The notes under the pieces were generated by a model. It did no database searches, was not told the DNA's origin, and saw nothing but the letters and a program-made list of their open reading frames with translations. Positions 15,358 to 28,796 of a stretch of DNA of 64,000 bases are shown here, in pieces. The translations under genes and the position numbers were made by a program. Origin of the DNA: Nymphaea colorata (taxonomy: Eukaryota); assembly GCF_008831285.2 (NCBI RefSeq), contig NC_045138.2:26970001-27034000 (forward strand), read 5' to 3'. Numbering within the stretch: the stretch's first letter is position 1; each line of letters starts with the position of its first letter.

Positions 15358-18300
15358 TATGTATTATGTATGTATATAGATATATAAAGGTATCGATGCA
15401 ACTGATGCAACCAAAATGAACTAGGAACTGAACCATAAAATGGTTATCTTACTATCCCACAGGCCACAAGCATACATGAAGACAGAAATATTTTTTAGAT
15501 TACTACCATAAGTTAGTTAATTATTACCATGGCAAATAGTTCATCCCAGACTCGAAAAATAGAATCCAAAGTTTTGGTTTAATTTACTTAATTACTCAGC
15601 AATCCCAATCAGAACCATGAACACAATGTTATATCTTACATGCTATGATGCTAATAACAGCAGGAATGAGGCAAGAACTTCAGAGTTACTAAAGGAAAGA
15701 TTTATGTGAAAGAAGAATGAAGCTGGTAAAAGGAAAAAATAAAGCTTAAAACGGATATAAAAGAAACATTATTATAGACAAGATAAAAGGAAAAGGTAAT
15801 AATTCAACAAAAACAACTGAGTGTTTGTAGATAAGCTATGCGAGAAATGTCAAATCATGAGTTACACAAGCACAGAGATGCACCTCACACATTCAGTCCA
15901 CCACTATAATATCAAGGCCGTGAAGCTAGTGGGGCTCTGTGTGTCTGTACATATTATGAAACATATATGTACATATATACAAGATATATATGCAACTGAA
16001 TTAGAGCATTAACATGAAAAAAAATGTCCATCCCAACACTTGTGCGTGAGTTGGCTCCGGTGCAGTGGCCTATTTGGTGAGTCTGTGACAGCTACCAGGA
16101 CAGCCACTGATCAGTAGGTGATACATATCAGAAATCAGATACTAACATGGCAGACTTCCTTGTTAAGGGATTATTTCACTCCTTATAGAATTGTTGACTT
16201 CGATTAACCTAACAACCAACCTTCTCAGTCAAAAGTGCATCTAGGCAGGTGCCTACACACCCACCTTGGCCTGGACTCCACCTCTTTGACTATGCTTAAG
16301 TATCTAGGAGCCAATTTAATAAAATGTTCTAAAACATCACTAGATACCATTTGATATTGCCTATATAACACCTTACCATAACTCTAATAAAAATCCCTTC
16401 AATAAATTAATTTACATTTGAAGAATATATTATGTGTTTGTATAACTAAGAAACTTATTATATATATAGGTGTGTGTATATATATATATATAGACACACA
16501 CACAGAGCTGTATCTCCACACCCAAATTTTCTGAAAATGTTTCACGTCAATTTCTGAAGACTCTGAACCAGGTGCACCATACTCATGTCTGCACCGGAAC
16601 TCATGTGACAGATTTCCGATGTATTTCATGCTCATATAACAGTGCAGATTGTTATGTCACTTTTAGCTATATGGGCATATTATTAATATTTGAATCTCAA
16701 AACACATCCATCCAATAAGTTTAGAATATGCCCAAATGAATACAAGACATTGATTTGAGAGACAGATACTGCATATCGGAATGCCCAATAAGTAAACTAT
16801 TAATTCATTTATCTATCGTATGAAACTCCAACCACAGAAACATTTGAACTTATCATTTCAATACATACCTCTTTGCAACGTCTTTAACAATGCACTTTCG
16901 TCCAACCTATCAACCTTAACTAATGCTTTAACATATTCAGCAAGAGCTAGCTGATTTGAATGAAGAGAAGGCTGGCTCTCAAATAATCTAATCACTCCCT
17001 CTGCATCAGCACGGTAAAGCTCTTTAAGTAGTGATACATCATTTGCCCCATCTGAATCACGCACCCGACGGGCAAGATTTCCAACATAACTTGACTGAAA
17101 CCTTTCTTGAATGCCTAAAAATGGAGTCCCTGCAAAGGAAAGCATGCATAAAGCTTTTCATCTTTTGCTTTAAAACAACTTATAAAATATCTAATCGCTT
17201 TAAAAGCAGAACCATAGGTAAGCCACTGCTACACAAACACATGTATGAACAATGAGAAGCTGAAAGCAAAAAAAGGAGGAGGAATCTGAAGACAAATTTG
17301 TACATACTAGCAGAGCCTTGACACCTCGATACAATAAGTGAAGGTTTAACTTGATATCCCCTTAGGCATGGCAAATCCCACTGTTGTCTTGCGACCTGTT
17401 TGATGAGACATGTAATCAAATGTGAGAATAAAACCAACTGCACAAAAGAAAACTGCAGAAACATGAATGCGAAACTAGAGAAGAATTTATAATGTTGGAT
17501 TCCAAATAATTTGGCAAATTCAAAGCTAATTTTATTGAGAATAATGTACACGTTGCAGTTAAGCATATTGTCATCTTCCAAGTACAAATCATGAGAATTT
17601 GATAAAACTTTCTGTATCAAGTTCAAGAGAGCAACCTTCCATCTACCAAATTGCAGTGAGAAAGTACTTCAAAGACATAAGATGAACAAATTCGCATGTC
17701 ACAGAGATAATAGGCTCGTGGACATGAATAAGATATAATAAGAACCTAAATTTTTCTTAAGGAACAGATATGTATGTAAGACTAGATATTGAAATCCCAT
17801 ATGGTTTCCTCAATACCGCTGGATCTATCGATGGCCTTGAATCCTGAATTAACTTCTTGCCTCTTAGAAGTTTAAAAATCAGCAAATTTGCAGCTTTACA
17901 ATGGCTAACAAAAACTACTCAACTTTCAAAATAAGGAGAAAATGAAGAACAATAATCCCATAAGAAGGGATAAACATGCTGCTAGAATGTACGGATTCTT
18001 AAGGCGTATCACCGAAACCTGTTTTACTAATTTCTGGAGCCGTCAGGTAAGCGATATAGCCATTCTTCATAAAACCAAGGACAAGTGAGCAAAGAAAAGA
18101 AACCCAAAAATGCAACGATGGTCGTCCAAGACGGAGTAAGTACCCTGCGTCAGAGATATTCAAGGGAAGCGATATCTCCCAATTAAGACCCCGAAAATAA
18201 TCCCAAGACAAATAACAAAAAGAAAAAAGAGCTAATTGGTCATTAGAATTATAGATTTGGGCTCCAATCCGGTACTCCTTAAGATAAAAGGAGAAGAATC

Positions 18301-18670
18301 AATTAGGGCAAGCATTCAAACAAACATAAATTCACCCATGACATCACCGCGTAGATTCTATTGGCTGAGATTTAAGCATTAAACACCATAGTCCACTTAA
18401 AGAACCAAGCATCCAAAGAACACGAAACGAAGTGGCTTAAATCGCGAAATAGAAACAATAGCAACCCGGAAACCCCCCAGATAAAGCAATCCATGTATTA
18501 TTTAGCAAGCTCGAATCACCAACGGAGCTCTACCATTCATCCAAAATCCGATCCCCAAAAAGGAGGAAAAAATGGTTAAGAAGACCTAAACGAAAGAGAA
18601 CCCCTTAAATGATTTGGGTATCAAGGAGGGGAGAGAGACCGACCTGTGTGAGAAGGCGCCTCCACGCCAT
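11806..18670 (-). CDS. FTSH4: ATP-dependent zinc metalloprotease FtsH4, mitochondrial i-AAA type
   Basis: 7 exons: 18670-18644, 17395-17308, 17129-16869, 14503-14267, 14176-14052, 13292-12816, 12735-11806 (714 aa). Starts [10 protein letters not shown]. Has Walker A GPPGTGKT, Walker [21 protein letters not shown], zinc motif HEGGH and a poly-Q/poly-A C-terminus. Confidence 0.96.
15286..15353. repeat. (TA)n microsatellite in FTSH4 intron 3
   Basis: Long perfect TA run. Similar runs near 32615, 34706, 45632, 47050, 56219, 56976 and 60547. Confidence 0.95.
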
Positions 18671-19134
18671 CGCCGCCCTTCAGAGACCAACCTCAACAGC
18701 CAGAATTTGGGGGGAGACCAAGAAGGGATATTGCGAAAGGGAGACGGCAGCAGCGCGTCACGAAGAAAGTGAACCGAGGCGCTGCTCCTGTTTAGGGGTT
18801 CTGACGGCGGAGAAGAGACGGGACAAAGTGAAGGTTCTGGAAGCAGGATCGAGTGGCGTAGGTGAAGGAGGAGGTAGAGGAGGAAAGAGGAGCAAAACTG
18901 AGAAGACTTCGGGGGCAAAGATAGGCGAAGAGGGGAGGACCAATAATTTCTGCGTATTTTATTAGATGAATGTTCCTCTCGCTCTCTCCCCTGCACCCAC
19001 CAGCACCACTCCACACATATGAATGCCGGTACGCACACCGCACACGCACTTGATTGGCGACCAGAAACCCGCTTCCCCTTTCGCTTCCTGTTACGATGCA
19101 CAAATGAGCCGGGCTTTGGTCGAGCATAATCTTA

Positions 19135-19562
19135 ACGGGCAATAGACCCGATTCGGATCTTATGTCCGACTGAAATTGCTTGAAAATGTTATACATCCAA
19201 AAATATTAACTTCACGGAATTCAAATTTAAGAAACAATATGTATATCCGATTCAATTTCGGCTTTAGTTGTTACTAAATGTTATATAATCCAACATTTTA
19301 TACATTTTGAAAGTTGGCTCTAATATGCAATAATGTGGTTCAGACTAAGTTGTGCATTTAAAAGTTAAACTCAAATCAGATTTGGTTGTCAATTTAAAAG
19401 TTAAATTTGGATAAAATTCAGATTTTGCATTTAACATTTAGATTAGGATATGGTATTAGACCTTTGTTGTTGCTAATATTTGAATGTGGATATGTAAACA
19501 TCCAACAAATTGGATATAGTAAAGGGTACATCAGGTTCAAATCTGATCCATTAATATCTCCA
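19135..19562. mobile_element. More diverged inverted copy of the same family, upstream of FTSH4
   Basis: TTCAAATTTAAGAAAC, TCAAATCAGATT and AAATTGGATAT blocks are colinear with 33165-33530. Confidence 0.4.
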
Positions 19563-19739
19563 TTAATAGAGATCAATGTGCTTATTTTTATGTTTTTGTA
19601 TAGAATAATGAGTCAGAGATTTGGTGGTATTAGGCAATTGTACTTCTCAATCAAATGTTGATAACACTATGAGGCCTTATTAGAGAACGAACCTTCACAG
19701 TTGAACTAAATTGGCTCGTAAGAAACTCGTTCAAGCTTT

Positions 19740-20480
19740 GTTGATTTGGTAGACCAGCCATTGACTCACTTACTACCGGAGTCCATAGTTAAGTGTACAT
19801 CCCTAAGACCTGAAGTCCGAGCTCTAAGAGTAGTGAAACCGTACTCCTGGAGATTAGTGATGACAATAAGAGAGATTCGTTGTGAGTTTTTAGTCTTCGA
19901 ATGGTCAGTGAGCATCGTCATTTCAGCAACACTCCTGGCCTCCATTGATATGAAGCCTTTCATGCCCTCCTCCTTCCAATTCAACTGCTGAAACCATCAT
20001 CTTCTTCTTCTTCCGGTGATTAACAAAGCAGTTCCCATGATTTTTTCTCCTTGCAGATGATGTTGGTTACTTGCCCGACTTCCATGTTAAGCATGAGTTG
20101 ATCTTCTTCCTTGGATCATTTCATTGCTCTAAAAGGAGACAGATTAAGCGCACCTTCCACATGGTTTGCTTGGCTTTCTTTAGGCTTCCTCCTCTTGTTT
20201 CTCAACATCCACAACTTCCAAATAATTATCGGGAAGCTAGTCCTCCAGCATTTGGCTATTCTCTACAGTTAGGCGGAGTCCTAAGCAAGGAACTTTTTTG
20301 AGTTGCACCGAGATGTGAATCCGCACTCCTTGCCCTCAGGGTCTAGGGCTCTTTTGAGGCATAAATGGTTTTACGGTACAACCACTACGTCATGTTTGTC
20401 GGCATTTGCAGCTAAAGGATCAATAGCATCAGGATTCAAATGGAAGATTGCACGATCACGTGATACAACACCCCCCTCTT
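19740..20480 (-). mobile_element. Highly degenerate L1-type LINE remnant (ORF2 C-terminus, RNase H-like part)
   Basis: Minus-strand CWRTSFPIIIWKLWMLRNKRR (the WxxWxxRNxR motif that follows zf-RVT), then GLRDVHLTMDS resembling the plant LINE RNase H-like GxxxxxLExDS motif. Many stops and frameshifts; boundaries approximate. Confidence 0.55.
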
Positions 20481-21380
20481 TTTGCAGCACAAATGGTTGA
20501 TGCACCGAGAATTCGAAACGGGAACTCAACGCCTACCAGCCTCTATAATACCCAAAACATTTAGTCTCATATTGAATATTGTGAGGGATCTTAAAGGGCT
20601 TATAAAGAAAGTTATTAACTAGATTGTTGTCCTGGTTTCTAGTCTTTTTGGGGTTGAGGCCAAAACTGCTAAGGGGTGGGTTGGGTCCACGAAACCAAGG
20701 GCCCAAGCATAGAAGTGGGTTGGGTTGTTACAGACTCCACCCCAACTATTGCGCCAACCCTCTTGCCAATGAACGTTATTTTAAATTAAATGATGCATGG
20801 TCCATCCCATATCAGACTCATCCAAACGCCACCACCCATCTTTTTTGTATGCTTTTAAGCAACCACAAGTGTGGTTCCCTTGAATGCAACGCTCAGCATG
20901 CCATTTAGATGCACTAAATGGGATTGCAGCTCATGATCAGGCACAACCCATATGGCACACAGAATTGCCATATTGGAGGTTGGGTTTTTAAGTCAATTCT
21001 CTCTTCTTGCTCACTCTTGCAACGGATTTTGAAAACCCAACTTTCGAAATTAGCATGAAAAAGAGAATTCAAGTTAAATATTTCATATGATCCGTTATTT
21101 ATAATTGTTATATATGTGCTAAACTAGAGTTATATATGTTTGGGCAGAACTAATATTGTCAGGGGACGTTTAAACAAGTCAATGGTAACATATTTAATGC
21201 ATATTTGAGATAAAACGCTCCGTCGCACGATGTTGCATGCATGCAGAACACCGCATGGTTCTCAGGTTGTCTTTATGTATTCTTCCTGCACCAACTACAA
21301 GGTTGGGTGAGGCTTGGTCGTGTTGCATGTTTATAAGCTTAACACACACACATATATATATATATACAACTAGTCACAAG

Positions 21381-21758
21381 TAGGTATGTCAACGAGTCAT
21401 ATATTCTTAACTGTATCTCTTTATTTGGATATTCATATATTCGGATTTAAATTCAGGTTCAAATATCAATGAAAAAGGTCATATCCAAATTCAACTTTGA
21501 AATCTGATTTTACTATTTAAATCTGATGTTTACATTTATGTCTGAATCCAAATTTTGAATCGAATTTGGCTGATTTTCATAAAGTAAGAGCACCGAATTT
21601 AGGATATTTAGTTAAAACTAAATATGATCTGAATCCAAAGCTAGAATGTGATCGAATGTCATTTCTTAAATCTGAATCCAATTTTTTTTTTTCACATTTG
21701 ATTTTTTTGAAATGGTAGGGTTGAATATCTTATTCAAATGAAATATATTGACATCAAT
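21381..21758. mobile_element. Copy of a dispersed hAT-like repeat rich in AATCCG/GGAT motifs
   Basis: Ends TAGGTATGTCAA...TTGACATCAATA. Core GAATGTCATTTCTTAAATCTGAATCCA is shared with the ~46625 copy and, reverse-complemented, with ~33265. Confidence 0.55.
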
Positions 21759-22979
21759 AGTTACAAGCAGGACTTTTTAACTTATCCCATGTTGACATAT
21801 TGGAGGAACAATTTTTGGTTCACGGATAGTTTTCATCGTGAGCAAACCAAATGCTACGCGTATAAATTAAACTTAATTACATGTGGACAATATTTAGCAA
21901 AGAGTCCACCACAGTGGGTTTCCAAAAAAAAAAAAAAAATCGAGTTCCTATGCCCTGATCATATATACATTCAAATAAGAGATTTAAGCCACTCAGATTA
22001 AAATGAAAAAATATTAACATTTGATAGGAAAAAAATTGTGTTCCTGAAGTACAGTTTTCCGAAAGCACGTCTCTAGCACCATGTCTTGTTCCAATGTGCA
22101 TGGTAAGATTAGATGTTTGTTTTGAAGTCCAACAATAAAATGCCGAAAATAATAACATGTCCTTTGCAATAAGAACATAGTTTCTAAAAGCATGTGTACC
22201 AAGTGCACATTTCTTCCTTATCGAATGTCTTCTGAAGGTTAAGCATGTTATGAACATGAAGACTAATAACTATTAGCTGCTGTTGTTTGTTTATTAAGAT
22301 GAAGGTAAAAATATTTGTTTTCAGCCAGAAAGAGGCATCAAAACTTTGAACTGCTAATTATATGAGCCCCACATTATACAATTTCACTTGTATCAAAGAA
22401 GAGGATACCGGATAAAGTATAACTTTGTTTATATATATATATATGTGTGTGTGTGTGTTGTGAGAGAGTTAAATGCCTGGTTTTAACTTAACGAAAAGGA
22501 GAAGGATAACAAGGAAGTAAAAACTTTTCAGTTTAATAATGTAGATGTTATATCTTATCTAGTGTACAGCTGATTTTTTTAATAAAATATGCAGAAATTG
22601 CCCCGAAACAAACGAAGAAAAATTACAGAAACCACATAAATCTAGACGGACAATAAATCATCGCCCAACTTTTCAACTTGTTAAGAGTCAACAAATAAAC
22701 ACTCGCCTTAGGAAACAAATCCTCAAAGAGCCGGCTCTAGATAGAAAAATTAAACTAATAAAAAACATCTCCAAAAAAATTAGAAAAAAGTAAATTAATT
22801 AGAAGGGTAATTTTGTAAATTACACTGTCACTTTAGTCATCTCTATAAAGAGGTTCTTCTTAAAAAAAAATCCTTAAACTAACATGATTTGTTATTTATG
22901 GCCAAAACTTTAGCAGCTTTTTGTAATTTGAAGAGCTTGTCCTAATGCTGAAACATATGTGTATATATATATATATATG

Positions 22980-23110
22980 TAAAATGACCAAAATACCCAT
23001 GTCTTCCAATCTATATATATATATATATCCAAATCCAATCCTGCTTAAAGGATGATGCTTTCTACATTATGCGGCTAACATTGGAAGACATGGGTATTTT
23101 GGTCATTTTA
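22980..23110. repeat. Perfect 31-bp inverted repeat with 69-bp spacer
   Basis: TAAAATGACCAAAATACCCATGTCTTCCAAT (22980-23010) and its exact reverse complement (23080-23110). Confidence 0.9.
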
Positions 23111-26032
23111 TCATATAACACATGAACCCTTGTTAAATACCATAACATACAGCCTGCTTTGCTGATAAAACATAAGGGCACAATTGGTAAACTCAAGAAC
23201 TGGACTCGGATCGGCACACAACCGGGTCACTGGGTTAACTCGACGACTCGGTCGGGTCAGGTATCAGGCAATAGACTCAACTAGGCACACAACCTAGTCA
23301 CCGAAATAATAGGCCTTCAAGGGAAAACTTTTTCCAGACAAATTTTTCCAACATTCACGACCACCCAAGCTACTTTTGTCCCCAATTGTTCCAACATACC
23401 AATAAATACCTCTACCATTTTACCTACAGTTTAAATCTGGTTCGGTTCCCATCTGTCGCTGAATCCAATGCAATTGATTGAAGCCAATTAGCCAAACGTA
23501 AATCCAACTTCTAAAGTTTGCACTTGAATCCGGACCCGTAAACTACTGAATTTGAAACTAAATCCAAATCTACTTTCCTCACCAAACTTGAGCGATCCAA
23601 TTTAGATTCGGGTCTTTAATTGGATAAAATGCACCAGCGACCCATTGGCCTGTTGCTGACATTCATCGCCCTTACGAGCTTTTCACTGCAGCAGATGAGC
23701 AGAACGCCATTGATTCACGACTCAGACTACACATGTCCTCAACTGCTTCGACAGCGCAATAAATAGTCGTGCTAGTTTTTGCCTCGTAGAGCTTGCCTGC
23801 ATCAAGTTGTGGCTTAAATGCAGAAGATAAGATAAGTTCTCTCACCTACCACTGTCCTTCTGCTTAAATTTCGGCGCTCGATCTGCTTTTCTGTTTTCAG
23901 CAGGAATGGTAGGTTGCGGTTGATCATGAATCCAACGAAGCCACATGCTTGAAAAGCTGCAGCTTCTTAACCAGAGGATCTTGGAACTCAATTCCACGCT
24001 TTTCCTTCTTAAAGAAATGATTGATTCCAAGGAGAAGACTCTTAAAAGGAGAAAATTTGTTCTAGGGGCTGAGTTTGCTTCTAATCCTGAATAGAGAGCC
24101 GCCGTGTTTTTTAACTTTTCAGAGCAACCGGAGAAGAGATCTTGGTAAGGTTTTCACATACGAAACATAATTTTGCGGCTAAAAATCCCACTTGTATCTT
24201 GGCAGTTTCCTTAGAAACCGTCAAATATGGACCTTAGGTTACTGCTTATCAAGGAACATCCATTTACATGCTCACTCACTTCTATAATATGAAAGTCGGA
24301 TGTTGGTTCACATTCATATGAAAGAGAAGGCACTATTCTTAATACGATTGGATAATATGAGTTTATAGAACATGTTGATTAAATATGAAGATTTCGTAGA
24401 CTGATGTATGAGCCGTCCAATAAGCTTGATTGATGATGCATAAGATGCTCGTAATGATTTGTCTAAAGCAAAATATTATTAGTTACCATTGTTTTTTTTT
24501 GAAAAGATAAGTATGCACACGATATCCTGTGACCAACGAACCCAATTGATTAGATAACTCATAATCAGTTTACTCGATTCTTATATTTATTCAGTCAATA
24601 TATCTTGTGAACCCCCACGAACATAAGCATACATTTGTCAATTTCAGAAAGCAAAAGGACCTATATTAAAAGAATTCAATAATATGAGGTCCGTCTTAGG
24701 GTTAGTAGCAACCATTTGCCCTAAATTGGAAAATCCTATAGAAAACTATGGGCTGCAACATGGAGTTATGTTTCATCTAACTGTTCAGACAACAAAATTT
24801 GTCAGCTGTTGAGGCATCGTCTGAGCCACTCTGATGTCCTCTCCTAATCTACAGGAACCAGCAAATTTAGTAAATAGATAATTTCACATGCAATGTGTAG
24901 AGGTAGCCTTATTAATGGCCTCATTTATGGGAGAGGTGGGCCACAAGATTGGTAAGATTTATCATTTAATGCGTATGAAATCACAACTTACGAGAATGGG
25001 AGCCGTTGGCAAGCAACTAGGGATGAATTTTCTGTTCATATTTTGGATCCATGCTCATATGCTATCATGCTTAATAATTCAACCCCATCTTCAAGTCTTG
25101 GGATTTTGTTCTGTTTAGACTATGGGTACACCACATGTCTCTTATCGTTTCACACAAAATGATTTGAATTTTATCTTGCTTTCTTGCTTCATATGATTAT
25201 GTCCTCTGGTTCTCATCATTCTTCCGCTTTGTCTTTCTTATGCATTGCTTGAATTGATGATAAATGAAAGAGAGTGAGAGCCGTCTATTTAAAGAAAATT
25301 TGGCGCCAAGAGGTCAAAATTTGGCAAAAAAACACGAGAAAGAAAGGCGCACAAGAAGAAAAGAGAGAAGAAGAGGAGAGAGAGAGTTGCAATGGAGATG
25401 CAAGAGCAGAATGGTAGTCTGGTGTGGCGCATAATACGGAGAGTAAGATGAACGTATTTTTCTCTTTTTAGTTTTCTTGTCGTTTTTCTCCATTATTTGT
25501 TTTTTATGATTGTGATTGTGATTGTGATGGTGATATGTTTTCTTATTTGATTCTTTTTCCATTTCCTTCCGATTTATCTTTCGTTGTTTAATTGGTAGAA
25601 GACCAAGACGCATCACCTAACGAGAGCCACTCGTGAAGCAGAAAATGCCCAAACAGATTAAGGAGATGGGAAACAACATGCCTCTTAAGGCCTCTTTCAT
25701 GTCCCCAACCCAACATTTCCAATTGCTTTACAACAGTAGAACACTTTCACCAGTGGGCGAACACTTTCACCAATGGGTGAAACACTGAAACTTGGTTCCT
25801 CTCGAATCAAACTGAAAAGGGAACCCCAAAAATGAAAAAGGAGAAAACAGGAAGAATTTTCCATCCGAAGTTTGCTCCTAGTTACTCTAAACCAACCAAG
25901 ATGGACGGAACCAGACTCAATCAACAATACATCATAAAAATCAGGGGATTTCTTTCTCATTTTCTCTTCCACGTCTTTCCTGGAGTCAACAACTCGGCCT
26001 ACACTATTTGGTAGCAACTTCTGCCACCTTTC

Positions 26033-28763
26033 TCACACGCCTGCTCGTCTTCCAAGCCTTCCTCTCAGCATCTTTACACCAACATACCTGCCAAAGTTTA
26101 AAAAAAAGAAAGAAAATAAGAAAATAAGAGTAAATGATGCGCCTAAGAGAGAACCGAACTTTAATAATGTTTTAAGGAGAGCCACTGATTTCTACAGTTG
26201 TGGGGAGAGAAGATTGTGTTCAATGTCTCTTTCTCCTGTCTTTGGTGTAAAATCCCTATAGGTGTCCTTGATACACAGCAGAAACAACCATTTTTAAGCA
26301 TACTTCTGCTGCTTAGCCCCTTGTCCCCGACATGAACCGCAAATACTGAAATCTGACCGATTTGATTTAGCAATATGGAAAACCTAAGTCTGTATAAATG
26401 CCGATCATGACTTTTATTTAGCAATGTGAGCAGGTTCATAAAATTTGCGTCTCTGAAAACTATCTGCTTCACTTCATCACTAATTACCACTAACTACCGT
26501 GTACTTTAGTTGGAATTCATGATACTGGTGGTGAATCACTCGTCTCCCCAAAAGTGTTCTAATTAGGGGGCAAAGAACTTACCTTCCTAGCATCATGACT
26601 GTTGCCTGAGGATTGGTTCCAGGGGAAGAGAGGAACGTAGAGCCATCGACAACTCTAAGCCCATGCACTCCCATCACTCTGTAGTGGCTGTCCACCACTT
26701 TGTTCATCTGGCATCCACCATGATAGTGCCAGATAGTGGTGACTGAATCTCTGCAAAACTGCTCCAGCGAAGATGTGTCATTCGAGTTCTTGGGGATGAA
26801 GTTGATATTGGCCTTCACACTCATGTTGAGGAGCATCTTCATCGTGTACTCATTGTCCTGCGTGAACTCGGCAAACCTCTTTGATCTCACAATCTGTTCC
26901 ATAGTACGGACACCATTGACACAGCGTCTGAGATCTCTGGGATGCTGGAAGTAGTTGAAGGTAACTTCAGGCATCTGTTCCACATCCTTGCCACTTAAGC
27001 TAAGGTGCCCTGTAGACAGGGGCCCCATAATTTTCGCGAGGAGAAATCCTCCCATAAAGGTCTCTACTGGGATGTCTCTTTTCCTCTTCCTGTACTCATG
27101 AATAGCATCTAGAGTCCTCTGCTTTGGTGGAATGGTTGAGATCTGCCCAATCTACACAAAATATTATGCATACCCTTAGCAAGTGGAACTCAACCTTCTG
27201 GAGCAGATCCATGTTGATTGTTTTGGTAAAGTGGAAAGCATGATATCCATGCATTTCAACTGAATAATCAAGTTTGAACAATCATGACTGCTGACTGGAA
27301 CACAACTTTGCTAAGAAAAACAGATTCCCGTTTATGCTTTGATTAAGTAAAGGCTGTGGACATCAAGAATCAAAATTAATGTGAACAATTTTTTGTATGG
27401 CTGCCAATCTAGTAAAGGCAACAAGAACGAAAGATGACCAGACTGCAATATCAGGCTATATATAGATTGAATGTTCACAGAAATGCTGTTAGAAGCAGAC
27501 CATGGAATAAAAGATGGCTCGCTTAATATGCTGTCAAAGACATTGAAGTCATCGACAGAAGAAGCGACTCCCATTAAACTACCAACATAATGATATACTG
27601 CATTCAGAGCTATAGATCAGGAGGAAACAACAACTCTGTTCAAGGTTTTCGAGTACCTCCGCTGACATGATTCCATGATTGCAGTGAATGCTGTCATTAG
27701 TGCTGCCGAACCCGCTGCTCGCTTCAATGTAGGAGCCCTTCTTCGTTATGCCCACAGTCTGGATCAAGGACATCTCCACAGGCTTCTTGGTGGGTATGAA
27801 TATGGAATTCATAGGATTGTCAGCCATTCCCTTCCCCACCAACTCTTGCCTCAGGACCACTGGTATCTTCCACTTCTTTAGCTCGCTTAGTGGCCCTATG
27901 CCGCTCAACATGAGCAGCTGCGGGCTGCCGATCGCCCCAGCGGTTACGATCACCTCCCCTTTGGCATGCGCCTTGTATTCTCTCTTGTTCTCGTCCCTGA
28001 AGATCACACCCACTGCTCTGGGCTTCCCTTTCCCTGCCACGATACAAAAGCTGAGCAGAGTTTAGACACTGCAAAAACAGAATGGTCAATCGACCAAAGC
28101 TCATTGATACTAAATATGCAGAGAGCTTTCATATGCTCGAAGCATACACATGTAGCAGAAATCAAGATGCAGTGGAAGTTAGAAACAAGATCAAAATCTA
28201 AGTGAGGCTTGGAGTTATGGGGTTTCTTCACCCCTACATATTTAACTGTTTTAGCAGTTTTAGCAGACAATGTAGCAAAATTTACAAAAGATTTCTGGCA
28301 CTAAAAGCTCATATGTTGGTGTGGTAAAGCTAGACTAAGATAAGGCATGATCTAAAAGAATCTATTCTGGTGGGTCTAAAATTAAAATTATAGGTCCTGA
28401 ATGTCAAGAAAGTTATATATTTCAGTGTTGCAGCAGCATTTATATAGAGCTTCACTGTCATGTCAAACAATGTCTTCCCTCATTTGTGGTATAGTACAAA
28501 TGAGGTTTCCTGTGAAAATGAGGCCGAACAATTCATAAACAAAACCAAATAACCACTTTTCTTCACCTGAGAGAAGAGTGCATTTTGAAGCGAGCACCAA
28601 CTAAAGGGGTCACAGGCAACTGAGCTTAGTCAAAGCCCGTTTGCATCAGTCAAAGCATAGCCCACCCCTTAAGCCCGCAGAAGATCTCATAAGCAAACCG
28701 ATCCTCCAAGAATCGGACCAAGTAGGACGTGGGTATAAACACGCTGCATCACCGGTTAGATAG

Positions 28764-28796
<33 letters not shown>

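Noticed and set aside
18586..19196. Overlapping ORFs upstream of FTSH4
   Set aside because: GC- and CT-rich promoter and 5' UTR sequence. The true start is MAWRRLLTQ at 18670.
20500..20552. tRNA or SINE-like A/B-box fragments (also near 11010 and 14680)
   Set aside because: Only short box-like words; no cloverleaf, tail or target duplication.
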